Notes: generated from the sequence alone by a model not told the origin. A DNA stretch of 64,000 nt from an uncultured Lachnospiraceae bacterium (GCA_902776395.1 CACYQC010000001.1:1419-65418), one strand, 5' to 3'; shown: positions 46,202 to 57,223, counted from the stretch's first letter. Program-made: numbers and translations.

Positions 46202-49132
46202 ATGCCTAATAAGAATAGATTATTGAAGAGACAATTAGAATATTTGAAGGCGGCGGGTATTTTTTTGAATCCTGACGAAGATGATGAAGCGGCAGACGAA
46301 AAAAGAGCGGTTGCTGATCAGCTTAGACAGCTTAATCGTAAGCTAGAAGAGATATCACCTTATAATGAGGATGGGACAGTAAAAGATGAAAATAAGCTGA
46401 ATCAGAAAATGAGTGAAGCGGAAGTAGACGCCCTCATTAATCTCTATCAAAAGTCCTTAGATGCTATATATAAGCTTGTTGTGGCTTTAAATGAGCAGGC
46501 GGATTCTATGGAAGATGATATTAAGAATGCATTTAATACTTATGAGGCTAAGGAAATAATCAGAAACCAGAAGTCCGTTCAGGCGACTGCGGAGCAGTTC
46601 GATAAGATAGCAAAAACTATGAGCAAGGACCTCAGGACTCTTAATCTGGTTAAGCAGAAGAAAAAGAGTATCTCTCTAGATTCGATATTTGAGAGTTCAA
46701 GAGTTAATTCTGAGTATACAGTAGTTGGAGAGGTCAAAGCATCGAATAGGGGCGCGCAGAATGATCGAATTCCGCTTACAATCGTTGGTAAGGATGGAAA
46801 GCCTATCAAGGGATATTTTACTCGTGATAATAAACCAAAGATTGGCGGAGGATATGTTGATAAAGCTATAAGAGATACTAGAAAGAAGTATGGTAAGGAT
46901 GCAAAGTATCTCAGTACTTATGCTGTAAAAACTATATACAATCAATTGGGTGTCAATAATAAAGATGCCTTTAGTACCCTTTTGGGACATCCAGAGCTTA
47001 TTTCTATGATGGCATATAAGGATGCTGTGAAATATCTGAGTGAGGGTATGCCAAAAGGTTTCAAGTCATATATTGATACACCTCAAAAACTAAATATGTT
47101 TGTTGATGTTATGCACCATGCTTTTGCAGTTCAGAATCAGCAGAACATTTCAGAAGGAATCGGTATAAATAGTAAGAGTAATGTGAATAGGCGAAATGCT
47201 GCTATGAGTAAAATGGCGGAACTTCTCGGCTGCCCTGATATTCTTGCTAATTCAGAAAATATAAGAATTAAGATTAATGGAAAAAATGTCAAGGGAACCT
47301 TTATGAAGGAGGCTATAGGTGAGGATTATAATAAGATTCATAAGGACTCACTAATCCTTAATGCGACAACGCTTAGTTCAATGGATGTTAATCTGAAGAA
47401 ACAGATAGCTAATCTTCAGATTCTTGACTATCTATGTGGTAATCCGGATAGACATAGTGGAAATATGCTCTACTATTTTGAAAAGGGTAAGGATGGGCTT
47501 TCTTACCTAAAAAGGATTCAAGGAATAGATAATGATTCTGCTTTTGGTGCTACTGATTATAAGTTTGCTGAAATGAGTTCTATTAGACTTGAGAATATGA
47601 AGGTTATTCCTACAGAACTTGCAAACAAGGTTATGAATCTTAAACCTGACGCACTAAAACAGATGCTTTACGGTTTTGATCTAACTACGAGAGAGATTAA
47701 TAATGCGCTCAAGCGTTTGACTACTCTTCAGGAAAAGCTGACTAAAGATGCGGCGGAATACATGAAGGGGTATACAAAGGGCTATATTATTCCTGGTACT
47801 ATTAAGACAGTGGATGATGAGGAACTCTCAGAAATCACTCTTGCAAATCTTGCGTCTCGCAAAGAAAAAAAAGAAAACAGAAATTTATTTGAGAGAATTA
47901 GTAATATTCTGTCTCCGGTCAAGAATTTAGAAACATATTACTCAGATACAATGCAGCGTTATGAGAAGGCAGTTTATGATTATACAGTGGGTAGTGTTGG
48001 AAAGATGGGTGAACTTATCAGTGATCTGAATCGAGATTACAGATTTGGAGGAAGCTCTACGCCATATGATAAGATGCATGATGATATGAAAAGCTTAAAT
48101 AAAAGTCTAGTAAGCTTTACTGGGCCTGTATGCGGAAGTAAAGTCAACACATATACTGGACATGTACAAGAACTGATGGATATTCGCGAGAAGATTCGAC
48201 AGACACTGATGAGCGTTAATGAGTACATTTTCTATAAAGATAGCAAGAAGAAGGGGGAAGAATGGAGAAATATCGAGGGACCTCATGAACCATCTAGAAC
48301 AGAGAGAAGATATCATGATGCTATAAACTGTCGAAAGTTCTTGAATGAACAGCTGGATAAGTTTGAAGAACTTCTTGCTCCTCTAGAAGAGTATAATGAA
48401 GTAAAACGTACTTACAAAAAAAGTGAGGAGAAAGCAAAGAATAATGAACTTGCAATTACACGCAATGAAGATTACGTGGATCATGTTAATAAGCATGAAG
48501 AAAACCTTTATGCAAATCATGTTAGCAGGATGAAGTATGAAATCAAGACAACTTATGATAAGATAAGCACTAGTCTAAAGGTGTGGAAACCATATTATAA
48601 AACAAAATACGATATGCTGCTAGGCTATGCTATATTTGGACTTGAGGATAAAGATAAAGAGGCTTTTAGAGATAGTATAGAAGAGCTAACTGGTAAAAAA
48701 ATAGATATGGATAATGATGACCTTATCAAACGAGCAATTGCCTCGAATATGGTTATGACAAAGGCGACATGTCTTGATACAATTAAGCAGGCAGAGAGAA
48801 ATCCGAAGAAAAAGGTTTCTTCTGGAACTTATGAACTTCTTGAAGGACTTAAATATGTTGAAGCTTCACCTTTTGATGAGGCTGTTGATCATCTTTTAAA
48901 TAATGATGTATTTGATGACTTCTTTGAGAAATTTAAAGATGATATATCTGTTACAGGTCGTCTTAATAGTCCTGGAGTGGCTATTCCGGATTTTGATCAA
49001 ACCAAGAAAATGCTTGAGACATATAACAAAGAGCTTTACAAGAAGCATCCTGAGCTTGCCCCTAAGCCGGAGCCTGATAAGGTGAATGGTAAGGCTAAAA
49101 AGAATAATAAAGCACCAATGAAGAAGTCTTGA
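46202..49132 (+). CDS. Large helical protein with central atypical kinase domain (PI3/PI4-kinase/HipA-like)
   Basis: LDYLCGNPDRHSGN and GIDND catalytic-loop-like motifs. Confidence 0.6.
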   Translation: MPNKNRLLKRQLEYLKAAGIFLNPDEDDEAADEKRAVADQLRQLNRKLEEISPYNEDGTVKDENKLNQKMSEAEVDALINLYQKSLDAIYKLVVALNEQADSMEDDIKNAFNTYEAKEIIRNQKSVQATAEQFDKIAKTMSKDLRTLNLVKQKKKSISLDSIFESSRVNSEYTVVGEVKASNRGAQNDRIPLTIVGKDGKPIKGYFTRDNKPKIGGGYVDKAIRDTRKKYGKDAKYLSTYAVKTIYNQLGVNNKDAFSTLLGHPELISMMAYKDAVKYLSEGMPKGFKSYIDTPQKLNMFVDVMHHAFAVQNQQNISEGIGINSKSNVNRRNAAMSKMAELLGCPDILANSENIRIKINGKNVKGTFMKEAIGEDYNKIHKDSLILNATTLSSMDVNLKKQIANLQILDYLCGNPDRHSGNMLYYFEKGKDGLSYLKRIQGIDNDSAFGATDYKFAEMSSIRLENMKVIPTELANKVMNLKPDALKQMLYGFDLTTREINNALKRLTTLQEKLTKDAAEYMKGYTKGYIIPGTIKTVDDEELSEITLANLASRKEKKENRNLFERISNILSPVKNLETYYSDTMQRYEKAVYDYTVGSVGKMGELISDLNRDYRFGGSSTPYDKMHDDMKSLNKSLVSFTGPVCGSKVNTYTGHVQELMDIREKIRQTLMSVNEYIFYKDSKKKGEEWRNIEGPHEPSRTERRYHDAINCRKFLNEQLDKFEELLAPLEEYNEVKRTYKKSEEKAKNNELAITRNEDYVDHVNKHEENLYANHVSRMKYEIKTTYDKISTSLKVWKPYYKTKYDMLLGYAIFGLEDKDKEAFRDSIEELTGKKIDMDNDDLIKRAIASNMVMTKATCLDTIKQAERNPKKKVSSGTYELLEGLKYVEASPFDEAVDHLLNNDVFDDFFEKFKDDISVTGRLNSPGVAIPDFDQTKKMLETYNKELYKKHPELAPKPEPDKVNGKAKKNNKAPMKKS

Positions 49133-49142
49133 AAGGATAAAA

Positions 49143-50090
49143 ATGAGAGCGGTTTACTTAGAAGCAGATGCGGTAAGTAGAGGAGATATATCCCTAGAGC
49201 CTATCACATCAATAATGGAGACAAAGGTATATGGAAATACTACTGAAGAGAATAAGTATGAACATATAGGTGATGCAGAGGTAGTTTATGCCAACAAAAT
49301 AATTTTTGATGAGGAAACATTTAATAGGCTTCCAAATCTGAAGTATATAGGCATATGTGCAACGGGTTACAATGTGGTTGATGTTGAGGCGGCGAGTCGT
49401 CATGGTGTAGCTGTGACAAATGTCCCTGCTTATAGTACTGAGTCCGTTGCTCAGCTGGCGTGGGGCTTTATTATAGAAGCTGCGAGCCGTATCGGTCAGC
49501 ATAATGCTAGCGTTCATAAGGGTGACTGGGTGAAGTCGGAAACCTTTTGCTACTGGCTCAGCCCTGTGATGGAGCTTGCGGGAAAGACTGTTGGAATTAT
49601 TGGATATGGAAATATTGGTAGCAGGATGGCAGAGATTGCGAAAGCCTTCAGAATGAATGTGATAGTTCATACTGCACATCCTGAGAAATACGGAGATGCG
49701 CAGGAGTTTGTAACTCTGGATGAAATATGGGAGCGTTCTGATATCATCAGCCTTCACTCTCCGATGAATAAAGAGACGGAGAGAATAATTCGTCTAGAAA
49801 ACATTTCCAAAATGAAGGACGGTGTGATAATAATAAATGTATCCCGCGGCGGACTAATCGACGAAAATGATCTAGCTGAAGCATTAAAGTCGGGAAAGAT
49901 TGCTGCTGCTGCAGCAGATGTGGTTACAGTTGAACCAATGCGCGAAGATAATCCGCTACTTACGGCGCCGAATATGTGTCTTACACCACATATAGCTTGG
50001 GCTAGTATCGAGGCTAGGCAGAGGCTTATCAGCGTTGTTGCAGAGAATGTAAAAGCGTATCTAAATGGCGAAGAGAAGAATAGGATATAA
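49143..50090 (+). CDS. D-2-hydroxyacid dehydrogenase (glycerate dehydrogenase-like)
   Basis: ATGYNVVD, GIIGYGNIG, INVSRG, TPHIAW. Confidence 0.92.
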   Translation: MRAVYLEADAVSRGDISLEPITSIMETKVYGNTTEENKYEHIGDAEVVYANKIIFDEETFNRLPNLKYIGICATGYNVVDVEAASRHGVAVTNVPAYSTESVAQLAWGFIIEAASRIGQHNASVHKGDWVKSETFCYWLSPVMELAGKTVGIIGYGNIGSRMAEIAKAFRMNVIVHTAHPEKYGDAQEFVTLDEIWERSDIISLHSPMNKETERIIRLENISKMKDGVIIINVSRGGLIDENDLAEALKSGKIAAAAADVVTVEPMREDNPLLTAPNMCLTPHIAWASIEARQRLISVVAENVKAYLNGEEKNRI

Positions 50091-50092
50091 CA

Positions 50093-51589
50093 ATGATAAA
50101 AGGTCCAAATGATAATAGTAATAACTATATCTTGCAACCGGTTCTTAAATTTATAGAGCAGTATAAGGCGTCTAAAAAAACTCGTCTTCATATGCCAGGG
50201 CATAAAGGTGCATTCGGTTATGAGGATGATATAACGGAGATTTCAGGGGCGGACAGTCTATATACGGCGGATGGAATAATAGCAGAGAGTGAGCAGGAAA
50301 CTGCCACTCTTTTTGACACGCGTGCAACATTTTATAGCACAGAAGGTTCATCTCAGGCTATTAAGGCTATGTGTTATCTGACGCTTCAGAACTACTTTAA
50401 GACACGAGGTTTTGATGGTGGACTGAAAAATGGAACTGAGAATAAGGAGCCTCCGACTATACTTGCTACAAGGAATGCGCACAAATCCTTTATCTATGCT
50501 TCGATGCTTCTCGGATTTAAGATAAAATGGCTGAAACCTGAAGAAGATTATTCTCTATGCAAATGCAAGGTTTCGCCAGAGGGACTCGATGCTGCGATAA
50601 TGGAATATATTACAGAGTGTGAGAAGAGTAATAAAAAGGTTGATATTGCCGGGGTTTACATAACATCACCTGATTATCTTGGGAATATCTTAGATATTCG
50701 TGGTCTCGCGGAGGTGACACATAAACACGGCCTACCGCTTCTATGTGACAATGCACATGGAGCTTACCTTAAATTTATGGAGCCAGACCTTCATCCAATA
50801 ACACTTGGAGCAGACCTTGCTTCTGACTCTGCACATAAGACTCTTCCTGTCTTAACAGGCGGAGCGTATTTGCATGTTTCGAAGAAGGCTCCTTCGGGAA
50901 TTGAGACGGATGCAAAGAATGCTCTGCTAATGTTCGGTTCGACCAGCCCTTCATATATGATAATGGAATCACTGGATGCTGCGCCGGGAAGAGTATCGCC
51001 TGAAAAGTATAGAGAAACAGCGAAGAGACTCGGAGCGCTTAAGTCTAAGCTGAGTGAGGCATTTAAAGAAAAGTTCGGTAGCCTGGGACCTGCGATATAT
51101 GGGGATGAGCCACTTAAACTATGTTTAGATATGAGAGTATGCAAGTTGCGTGCGGATGTGGTGGCGGATAAGCTTCGTGAGCAAGGTATAGAATGCGAAT
51201 ATTCAGATCCGGATTTTCTTGTTACTATGTGGAGTCCATTTAATGATTATCCAGGTGATTATGAAAGGTTCCAAGGTGCGATGACTGAGATTATAAATCG
51301 TACTCAGGATCGGTCGGACAAAGCGGAGAAAGGTACAAAACAAGCTATCGCTAGAAAAAAAATATGCTATAATGAACCAGTGGCCCTTTATCAGCCTTAT
51401 GAGATGAGATATGTACCTCATGAGGAGATGCCAGTTTCGGAAGAATTGATAGGTAAGGTTGTAGCTGATTCAGTGATCAGCTGTCCTCCGGCGATATCAC
51501 CGATAGTGGCGGGCGAAGTGATAAATGAGGAAACAATTAAGGTTCTGAAATACTATGGAGTGAAGACCATAGAGATTGCAAAACTATAA
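50093..51589 (+). CDS. Orn/Lys/Arg decarboxylase-family PLP enzyme
   Basis: LHMPGHKG, DNAHG, SAHKTLP, STSPSY. Confidence 0.88.
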   Translation: MIKGPNDNSNNYILQPVLKFIEQYKASKKTRLHMPGHKGAFGYEDDITEISGADSLYTADGIIAESEQETATLFDTRATFYSTEGSSQAIKAMCYLTLQNYFKTRGFDGGLKNGTENKEPPTILATRNAHKSFIYASMLLGFKIKWLKPEEDYSLCKCKVSPEGLDAAIMEYITECEKSNKKVDIAGVYITSPDYLGNILDIRGLAEVTHKHGLPLLCDNAHGAYLKFMEPDLHPITLGADLASDSAHKTLPVLTGGAYLHVSKKAPSGIETDAKNALLMFGSTSPSYMIMESLDAAPGRVSPEKYRETAKRLGALKSKLSEAFKEKFGSLGPAIYGDEPLKLCLDMRVCKLRADVVADKLREQGIECEYSDPDFLVTMWSPFNDYPGDYERFQGAMTEIINRTQDRSDKAEKGTKQAIARKKICYNEPVALYQPYEMRYVPHEEMPVSEELIGKVVADSVISCPPAISPIVAGEVINEETIKVLKYYGVKTIEIAKL

Positions 51590-51615
51590 GAATAAATATA
51601 AGAGGATATAAAAAA

Positions 51616-52947
51616 ATGGTTGTTAGAGACGAAGTAAGAAAAATGAAATCAGTTGCTCCACTTGTTGCTGCTATGAGCAATGAGGCAAGATGCAAGGCGC
51701 TTGAGAAGGTTGCAGAAAAACTTATAGAGAAGCAGGATGCTATCTTTGCAGAGAACAAGAAGGATCTGGAAGCTGCAGCAGAAAATGGTGTAGCTGATGC
51801 GGTTGTAAAGAGACTTAAATTTAATGAGGATAAGCTGAGAGATGTTGTAGCAGGAATCAAACAGTTGATAACTCTTGAGGATCCTATTGGAAAGGTTACC
51901 CTCGATAGAGAGATGGATGAGGGACTCAGACTGACTCGTATAACTTGCCCTATAGGAGTTATAGGAGTAATCTTCGAGGCTAGACCTGATGCGCTGGTTC
52001 AGATATCTTCACTCTGTATTAGAAGTGGTAACTGCCCAGTTCTTAAAGGCGGAAAGGAAACTACATTTACTAACCGTATTCTTTTCGGAATAATATATGA
52101 TGCTGTGCTTGAGGCTGGTTTCCCAGAGGGATGTATGTTACAGGTTGAGCAGCATAATGAGATAGACGAACTTCTGACCTGTGATGGCCTGGTTGATCTT
52201 CTTATACCAAGAGGCTCGAATGCATTTGTCAGATATATCATGGATAATACACATATTCCAGTAATGGGACATGCAGATGGAGTTTGTCACATATATGTAG
52301 ATAAGGATGCTGATATAGAAAAGGCTATTCCTATTATTATCGATGCGAAGACACAGTATACAGCCGCTTGTAATGCGGTTGAGACACTTCTTATTCAGAG
52401 AGATGAGGAGCTAATTGGAAGGCTGATGCCAAGACTCACAGCTGCACTCGCTGAAAATGGAATCAAGCTTAGAGGTACTAAGGAAGTAACGGATGTTGTT
52501 GACCGAGTAGTTGGAGAGAACAGCGGTGAATCTACAGAGGGTAAAAACCTTGAATATGAGTCAATCTCAGAAGATGAATTCAAGGAGTATCTAGCACTTA
52601 TCGTTTCGGCTAAGTTTGTAGATAATGTAGACGAGGCTATAGAACATATTAATCTTCATGGCTCACATCATACTGATGCTATTATTACAGAGAATGATGA
52701 GACAGCCGCTCGCTTCATGCAGCTTGTTGATTCTGCAGGAGTATATCAGAACTGCTCAACTAGATTTGCGGATGGCTTCCGTTACGGTTTCGGAGCGGAG
52801 GTAGGAATTAGTACTAGCAAGATCCACGCAAGAGGTCCAGTTGGTCTTGAAGGACTTGTTACATACAAGTATAAGATCGTTGGCCATGGTCAGATAGTTG
52901 GCGACTATGCTAGTGGAAAGAGTGAGTTCCATTTTAAAGATCTATAG
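51616..52947 (+). CDS. proA: Gamma-glutamyl phosphate reductase
   Basis: PIGVIGVIFEARP, ACNAVETLL, STRFADG..YGFGAEVGIST.KIHARGPVGL. Confidence 0.95.
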   Translation: MVVRDEVRKMKSVAPLVAAMSNEARCKALEKVAEKLIEKQDAIFAENKKDLEAAAENGVADAVVKRLKFNEDKLRDVVAGIKQLITLEDPIGKVTLDREMDEGLRLTRITCPIGVIGVIFEARPDALVQISSLCIRSGNCPVLKGGKETTFTNRILFGIIYDAVLEAGFPEGCMLQVEQHNEIDELLTCDGLVDLLIPRGSNAFVRYIMDNTHIPVMGHADGVCHIYVDKDADIEKAIPIIIDAKTQYTAACNAVETLLIQRDEELIGRLMPRLTAALAENGIKLRGTKEVTDVVDRVVGENSGESTEGKNLEYESISEDEFKEYLALIVSAKFVDNVDEAIEHINLHGSHHTDAIITENDETAARFMQLVDSAGVYQNCSTRFADGFRYGFGAEVGISTSKIHARGPVGLEGLVTYKYKIVGHGQIVGDYASGKSEFHFKDL

Positions 52948-53583
52948 GAGTTGGACGAGCTCCTCAGGTGTCTCAGCAAAGGTTGTGGCTCCTTGCTCTA
53001 TGAGATAGTCTCTATCTCTGAAGCCCCAAAGAACAGAGATGCATGGAAGACTGGAGTTGATGGCGGTCTGAAGGTCGACTTCAGAGTCGCCAATATAGAT
53101 GGATTCTTCCTTTGAAGAACCAAGTTCCTTTAGAGCCTGTTCCACCATGTCGGGAGCGGGCTTTCTGTTTGTTCCAGGTGTTTCACCTATTGCTACGTCG
53201 ACATATTCCTTGAAGAACTTTTCATTCAGTTCTTTGACGGCAGAATCTATCTTATTTGAAACTATTGCCATCTTGTAGCCTTTCTCCTTTAGTTTCTTCA
53301 TAGCATCTAGTATTCCATCATATGGACAGGTGTTGTCCAGACAGTGTACGTCATAATGTTCTTTGAATATAGGGAGCATTTCATCTATTGTTTCAGATGG
53401 TGTTCCATCTACAACTGCACATTCTAGAGCGTATCTGATGCCGCTTCCGAAGTAACGTCTATATTCTTCGATGGTGTGCTCAGGCATATTGTATTTTCTT
53501 AGTACATAATTAACGGAATCCCTTAGATCTATAAGTGTATTTAGGACGGTTCCGTCCATATCCCAGACAATTGTAGTGATCAT
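52942..53583 (-). CDS. HAD-family phosphatase (phosphoglycolate phosphatase-like)
   Basis: WDMDGTVLNT, VSNK, KPAP, IGDS..D. Confidence 0.9.
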   Translation of the reverse strand: MITTIVWDMDGTVLNTLIDLRDSVNYVLRKYNMPEHTIEEYRRYFGSGIRYALECAVVDGTPSETIDEMLPIFKEHYDVHCLDNTCPYDGILDAMKKLKEKGYKMAIVSNKIDSAVKELNEKFFKEYVDVAIGETPGTNRKPAPDMVEQALKELGSSKEESIYIGDSEVDLQTAINSSLPCISVLWGFRDRDYLIEQGATTFAETPEELVQLL

Positions 53584-53758
53584 AATTAACCTCGCGTGTT
53601 TTAGTTTTATACAGATAAAAGTTATTCTCTGTCAGTGAAGCTTATTCTATCACATAACGGATGGTATTTCTAAATATATTATTAGCGGCTCGCTTGATAT
53701 GACTTCCACATTGTACTATACTATTTTTTCAGGGGAAAAAATGATAGGACGAATATAA

Positions 53759-55162
53759 ATGGAAAATTATGACGAAAACACAAAAGTAGAACTTCGAGAG
53801 GAGGAAGAGGAACTTGCCCAGGATAATAAGATGGGTACGCTTCCGGTTAAGAGACTGATTGTTTCGATGTCGCTCCCTATGATGATATCTATGCTGGTTC
53901 AGGCGATGTATAACATCGTAGATAGTATCTTCGTATCGCATCTGAGTGAGGATGCGCTTACCGCGGTGACACTCGCGTTCCCGCTTCAAATGATGATAAT
54001 CTCAGTGGGAAGTGGTACAGGAGTAGGTATAAATGCTTTGCTGTCCAAAGCTCTTGGAGAAAAGAAGCAGAAGAGAGCGAATAAGGCTGCAAATAATGGA
54101 CTGTTGCTTACTTTCATAAGTTTTATTGTCTTTGTAGCTGTAGGTATATTTCTTGCTGAGCCTTTTATCAAGTCGCAAACAGATAGCATAAATATTGCAA
54201 ATATGGGTACAGTGTATCTATATACCTGTTGCACACTCTCGATAGGAGTTTTCTTCCAGATGACATTTGAGCGACTGCTTCAGTCGACAGGAAGAACTCT
54301 TCTTAGTATGATATCTCAGATTACAGGTGCTGTTGTAAATATCATCTTCGATCCTATATTTATCTTTGGATACTTCGGCATAGAAGGAATGGGTGTTATA
54401 GGTGCTGCCTATGCTACAGTTCTTGGCCAGTGTATTGCGGCAATTGTAGGACTTGTTCTGAATGTGAAATTCAATCCTGATATTAAAATATCTCTTAAGA
54501 AGATGTTTAAACCTTCGTGGAAGATTATCCGTAGAATATATGCTGTCGGAGTTCCATCTATACTCATGATGGCTATTGGTTCGATTATGTCCTACTGCAT
54601 GAATCAGATACTAGGAATCTTCTCAAGTACAGCAGTGGCGGTGTTCGGTGCGTACTTCAAGCTTCAGAGCTTTATCTTCATGCCTATCTTTGGACTTAAT
54701 AATGGACTGATTCCTGTATTGGCATATAACTATGGTGCGCGAAGCAAGGAGAGAATCCGTGAGGCTGTGAAGTTTTCTATGAAGCTTGCGCTTTCGATAA
54801 TGATAATTGGAACGATAGTTTTCTGGAGTATTCCAAGGCTGCTTTTGGGATTCTTTGATGCTTCTGATTACATGCTATCGCTCGGAGTTCCAGCGCTTAG
54901 GATTATCAGTTTATCTTTCCCTATTGCTTCTCTTTGCATCGCTATGGGCTCTATGTTCCAGGCATTTTCGAAGAGTAAATATTCCCTTATAGTTTCTGTT
55001 GGTAGACAGCTAGTTGTTCTGATTCCGGTTGCATGGCTACTAGCTCAGACGGGTGAAGTTCAAAATGTATGGTGGGCATTTCCTGCTGCTGAACTGATGT
55101 CCCTTGTGCTGTCTATATATTTCTTTAAAAGAATAAACCGCAATATAGTTATGAATCTTTAG
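53759..55162 (+). CDS. MATE-family efflux transporter
   Basis: YNIVDSIFV, NIIFDPIFIFG...GV.GAA.AT, AYNYGA; multiple TM segments. Confidence 0.92.
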   Translation: MENYDENTKVELREEEEELAQDNKMGTLPVKRLIVSMSLPMMISMLVQAMYNIVDSIFVSHLSEDALTAVTLAFPLQMMIISVGSGTGVGINALLSKALGEKKQKRANKAANNGLLLTFISFIVFVAVGIFLAEPFIKSQTDSINIANMGTVYLYTCCTLSIGVFFQMTFERLLQSTGRTLLSMISQITGAVVNIIFDPIFIFGYFGIEGMGVIGAAYATVLGQCIAAIVGLVLNVKFNPDIKISLKKMFKPSWKIIRRIYAVGVPSILMMAIGSIMSYCMNQILGIFSSTAVAVFGAYFKLQSFIFMPIFGLNNGLIPVLAYNYGARSKERIREAVKFSMKLALSIMIIGTIVFWSIPRLLLGFFDASDYMLSLGVPALRIISLSFPIASLCIAMGSMFQAFSKSKYSLIVSVGRQLVVLIPVAWLLAQTGEVQNVWWAFPAAELMSLVLSIYFFKRINRNIVMNL

Positions 55163-55189
55163 TATTAATATCTATTAAATAGGAAGAGT

Positions 55190-57034
55190 ATGAATAACAA
55201 GAAGAACAAAAAGAAGAATAAACTCACGACTTTAGATATCGTGAGATATATTATTTTCGGGATATGTCTTATTCCCGAGTTTGTTATTCTGGTGGCAATT
55301 TTTTGTTATGACGCCTATTTGTTTGGAAATGAGGACCAGTTTCTCCACTCTGATTATGTTATTGCTGTTGCGATAACTGTCATTACTGCTTTCTTCTTAG
55401 CGGTAACAATCATAAGTCTTATAAAAACTAAGCAAAGGTTTAAGGGTGCTATCGTTACTTCCATCTCTTATAAGCTTGGGCTTTTCATTATTTTAATGGG
55501 TGCAGTAGAAAGTACTGAAGATGTGGCAAGATCGGTGCCTGTCACTTTTGCCGTGATTGGCGCATTTTCTATATTTATTGCCTTGTTATGCGATATTTCT
55601 GTCCTACGTAATTCCTCAAATGAAAAAAAGAAAAAGCTTGTTGCTAAGGCTAGGCCAAAGCATTTTGATGGCTATGATATTGATAGACTTTATAAAAGGG
55701 CTGAAGAGGAGTATTTATATCTCAATAACCTAAATCGTGAGAATCTCGAGGAAGAGGATAGGATACGTATATACGACTATGCGGCGAATGAAATGACATA
55801 CTTCCTTACGTGGCTTATCCGGAAGGATTATATAAGCTCTAAGCTCCGAAGGAAGCTAGGAAGCGAAGTGATAAATGGCTTTCAGGAGGAGAGTCTGAAT
55901 CCGACGATTATAATGAGAAATGTTATCGATTATAAACTGAGATTCAAAGATATATCAGATAATATTAATTTTTTTGCGGATGCTTATCTGACGCTTCCTG
56001 ACTTTAGGCGTGATATATGCTCTAGTAAATTCATTGAAAGATATATATTTGATTATTATAGGAACGTTATTCGAAAGAATGAGAATGGGATACCAATCAA
56101 GTACTGTCATACATTTTCTTGGGATATCTATAATAAACTGGAGCGAGTGATAGATGAGAGATTTAGAAATCTCTGTGCCGTTATAAGCGAGGGGCGTAGT
56201 AATCCAAGCTATGAGAAGGGCAGTATATATTCTTCTGTTTACAATATGGATATTAAGGTTACTGCGAAGCGAGATGTGCCGGATGATTACATTGAGAGGT
56301 GCAAGGCTACATTTGACGATTACTCCTTTAGGTTAAATGATGAACTGGTTCAGATGGTTTATAAACTTGTGAAGAAGGATGTCCCAAGCCTAGAATATGT
56401 TCGTGACAATCTGAGGCCGTCTAATATAGATATTTTTGTTCCAATGGAGGAGGACGAGGCATATATTGTGTACGGGCGTTTGCAACTTCCGGATAAGGAA
56501 CGGACAGACCGTTCCGGAGAAGGGTCGGGTTCTGCTGTGGAACATTTTCCTATGATTTTGAGTTGGGTTGTCCGAAAGGGTGTGCTGCTAAATGTGGCTG
56601 CTTGGGGAAGTTACATATTGCCGTGGGATTTCGAGGCGGATGTTATATATAAGAAGAAAGTGGCGGAGAAGAGACTTGCTGATGCTCTTGCGAGGTATAA
56701 ATATTCGGGACATCAGTCACTGGATGAGGAAATAGTGAATGACCTGGTAAGGGATGGGGTAGTTGTAAAGGATCAGCTGGTTACAAGAGGCTTTTGTGAT
56801 TATCAGGTCTGTGAGATATATATTCCTGAGGAGATAAAGAAAATAAAGGATTATTACGTGAGTATGGCGGAGGCTCTAATATGTGAGGGCTTGGCGGACT
56901 ACTACATCTGCAAACCTGAGTATACGAATAATTCACTGATTCCTACTAAGATAAGAGTTGAAGCAAGGAAGATGGATGTATATGAGAAGCTTGTTTTCTT
57001 AGATAAGGTAGGAATTGCAGTTCGCGACATATAA
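55190..57034 (+). CDS. Hypothetical membrane protein (about 4 N-terminal TM helices plus large soluble region)
   Basis: 614-aa ORF with hydrophobic N-terminus; no motif recognised. Confidence 0.65.
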   Translation: MNNKKNKKKNKLTTLDIVRYIIFGICLIPEFVILVAIFCYDAYLFGNEDQFLHSDYVIAVAITVITAFFLAVTIISLIKTKQRFKGAIVTSISYKLGLFIILMGAVESTEDVARSVPVTFAVIGAFSIFIALLCDISVLRNSSNEKKKKLVAKARPKHFDGYDIDRLYKRAEEEYLYLNNLNRENLEEEDRIRIYDYAANEMTYFLTWLIRKDYISSKLRRKLGSEVINGFQEESLNPTIIMRNVIDYKLRFKDISDNINFFADAYLTLPDFRRDICSSKFIERYIFDYYRNVIRKNENGIPIKYCHTFSWDIYNKLERVIDERFRNLCAVISEGRSNPSYEKGSIYSSVYNMDIKVTAKRDVPDDYIERCKATFDDYSFRLNDELVQMVYKLVKKDVPSLEYVRDNLRPSNIDIFVPMEEDEAYIVYGRLQLPDKERTDRSGEGSGSAVEHFPMILSWVVRKGVLLNVAAWGSYILPWDFEADVIYKKKVAEKRLADALARYKYSGHQSLDEEIVNDLVRDGVVVKDQLVTRGFCDYQVCEIYIPEEIKKIKDYYVSMAEALICEGLADYYICKPEYTNNSLIPTKIRVEARKMDVYEKLVFLDKVGIAVRDI

Positions 57035-57061
57035 AAAGCAGTTCACGACATATAAAAGGCA
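57017..57061 (+). repeat. 21-bp tandem duplication across the stop codon
   Basis: gcagttcgcgacatataaaaa / gcagttcacgacatataaaag. Confidence 0.7.
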
Positions 57062-57094
57062 TTTTACAACATTTATTTTTGGACTGAATCAGAA

Positions 57095-57111
57095 TTAAGG
57101 TAATCTTAAGG
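57095..57111 (+). promoter_or_regulatory. TTAAGG direct repeat at 11-bp period, OmpR-family-type site upstream of the ABC efflux operon
   Basis: TTAAGG-taatc-TTAAGG. Confidence 0.4.
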
Positions 57112-57223
57112 AAAATTTTATATTTATTCAATAGAATGTGTTTATTCTATGTGATAGTATAAAAAAAGCGTTAAAAAAGCTATTTATGTGATTAGTAAAT
57201 TAGTGAAAGGATAACTAGTTAAA

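Noticed and set aside
50093-51589. Functional link between the chromosomal amino-acid decarboxylase and the element's amine operon
   Set aside because: It lies outside attR in a housekeeping operon; proximity alone is not evidence.
57063-57070. Extra TTTACAAC integrase arm site
   Set aside because: Single copy with no paired repeat or att core; expected by chance in AT-rich DNA.
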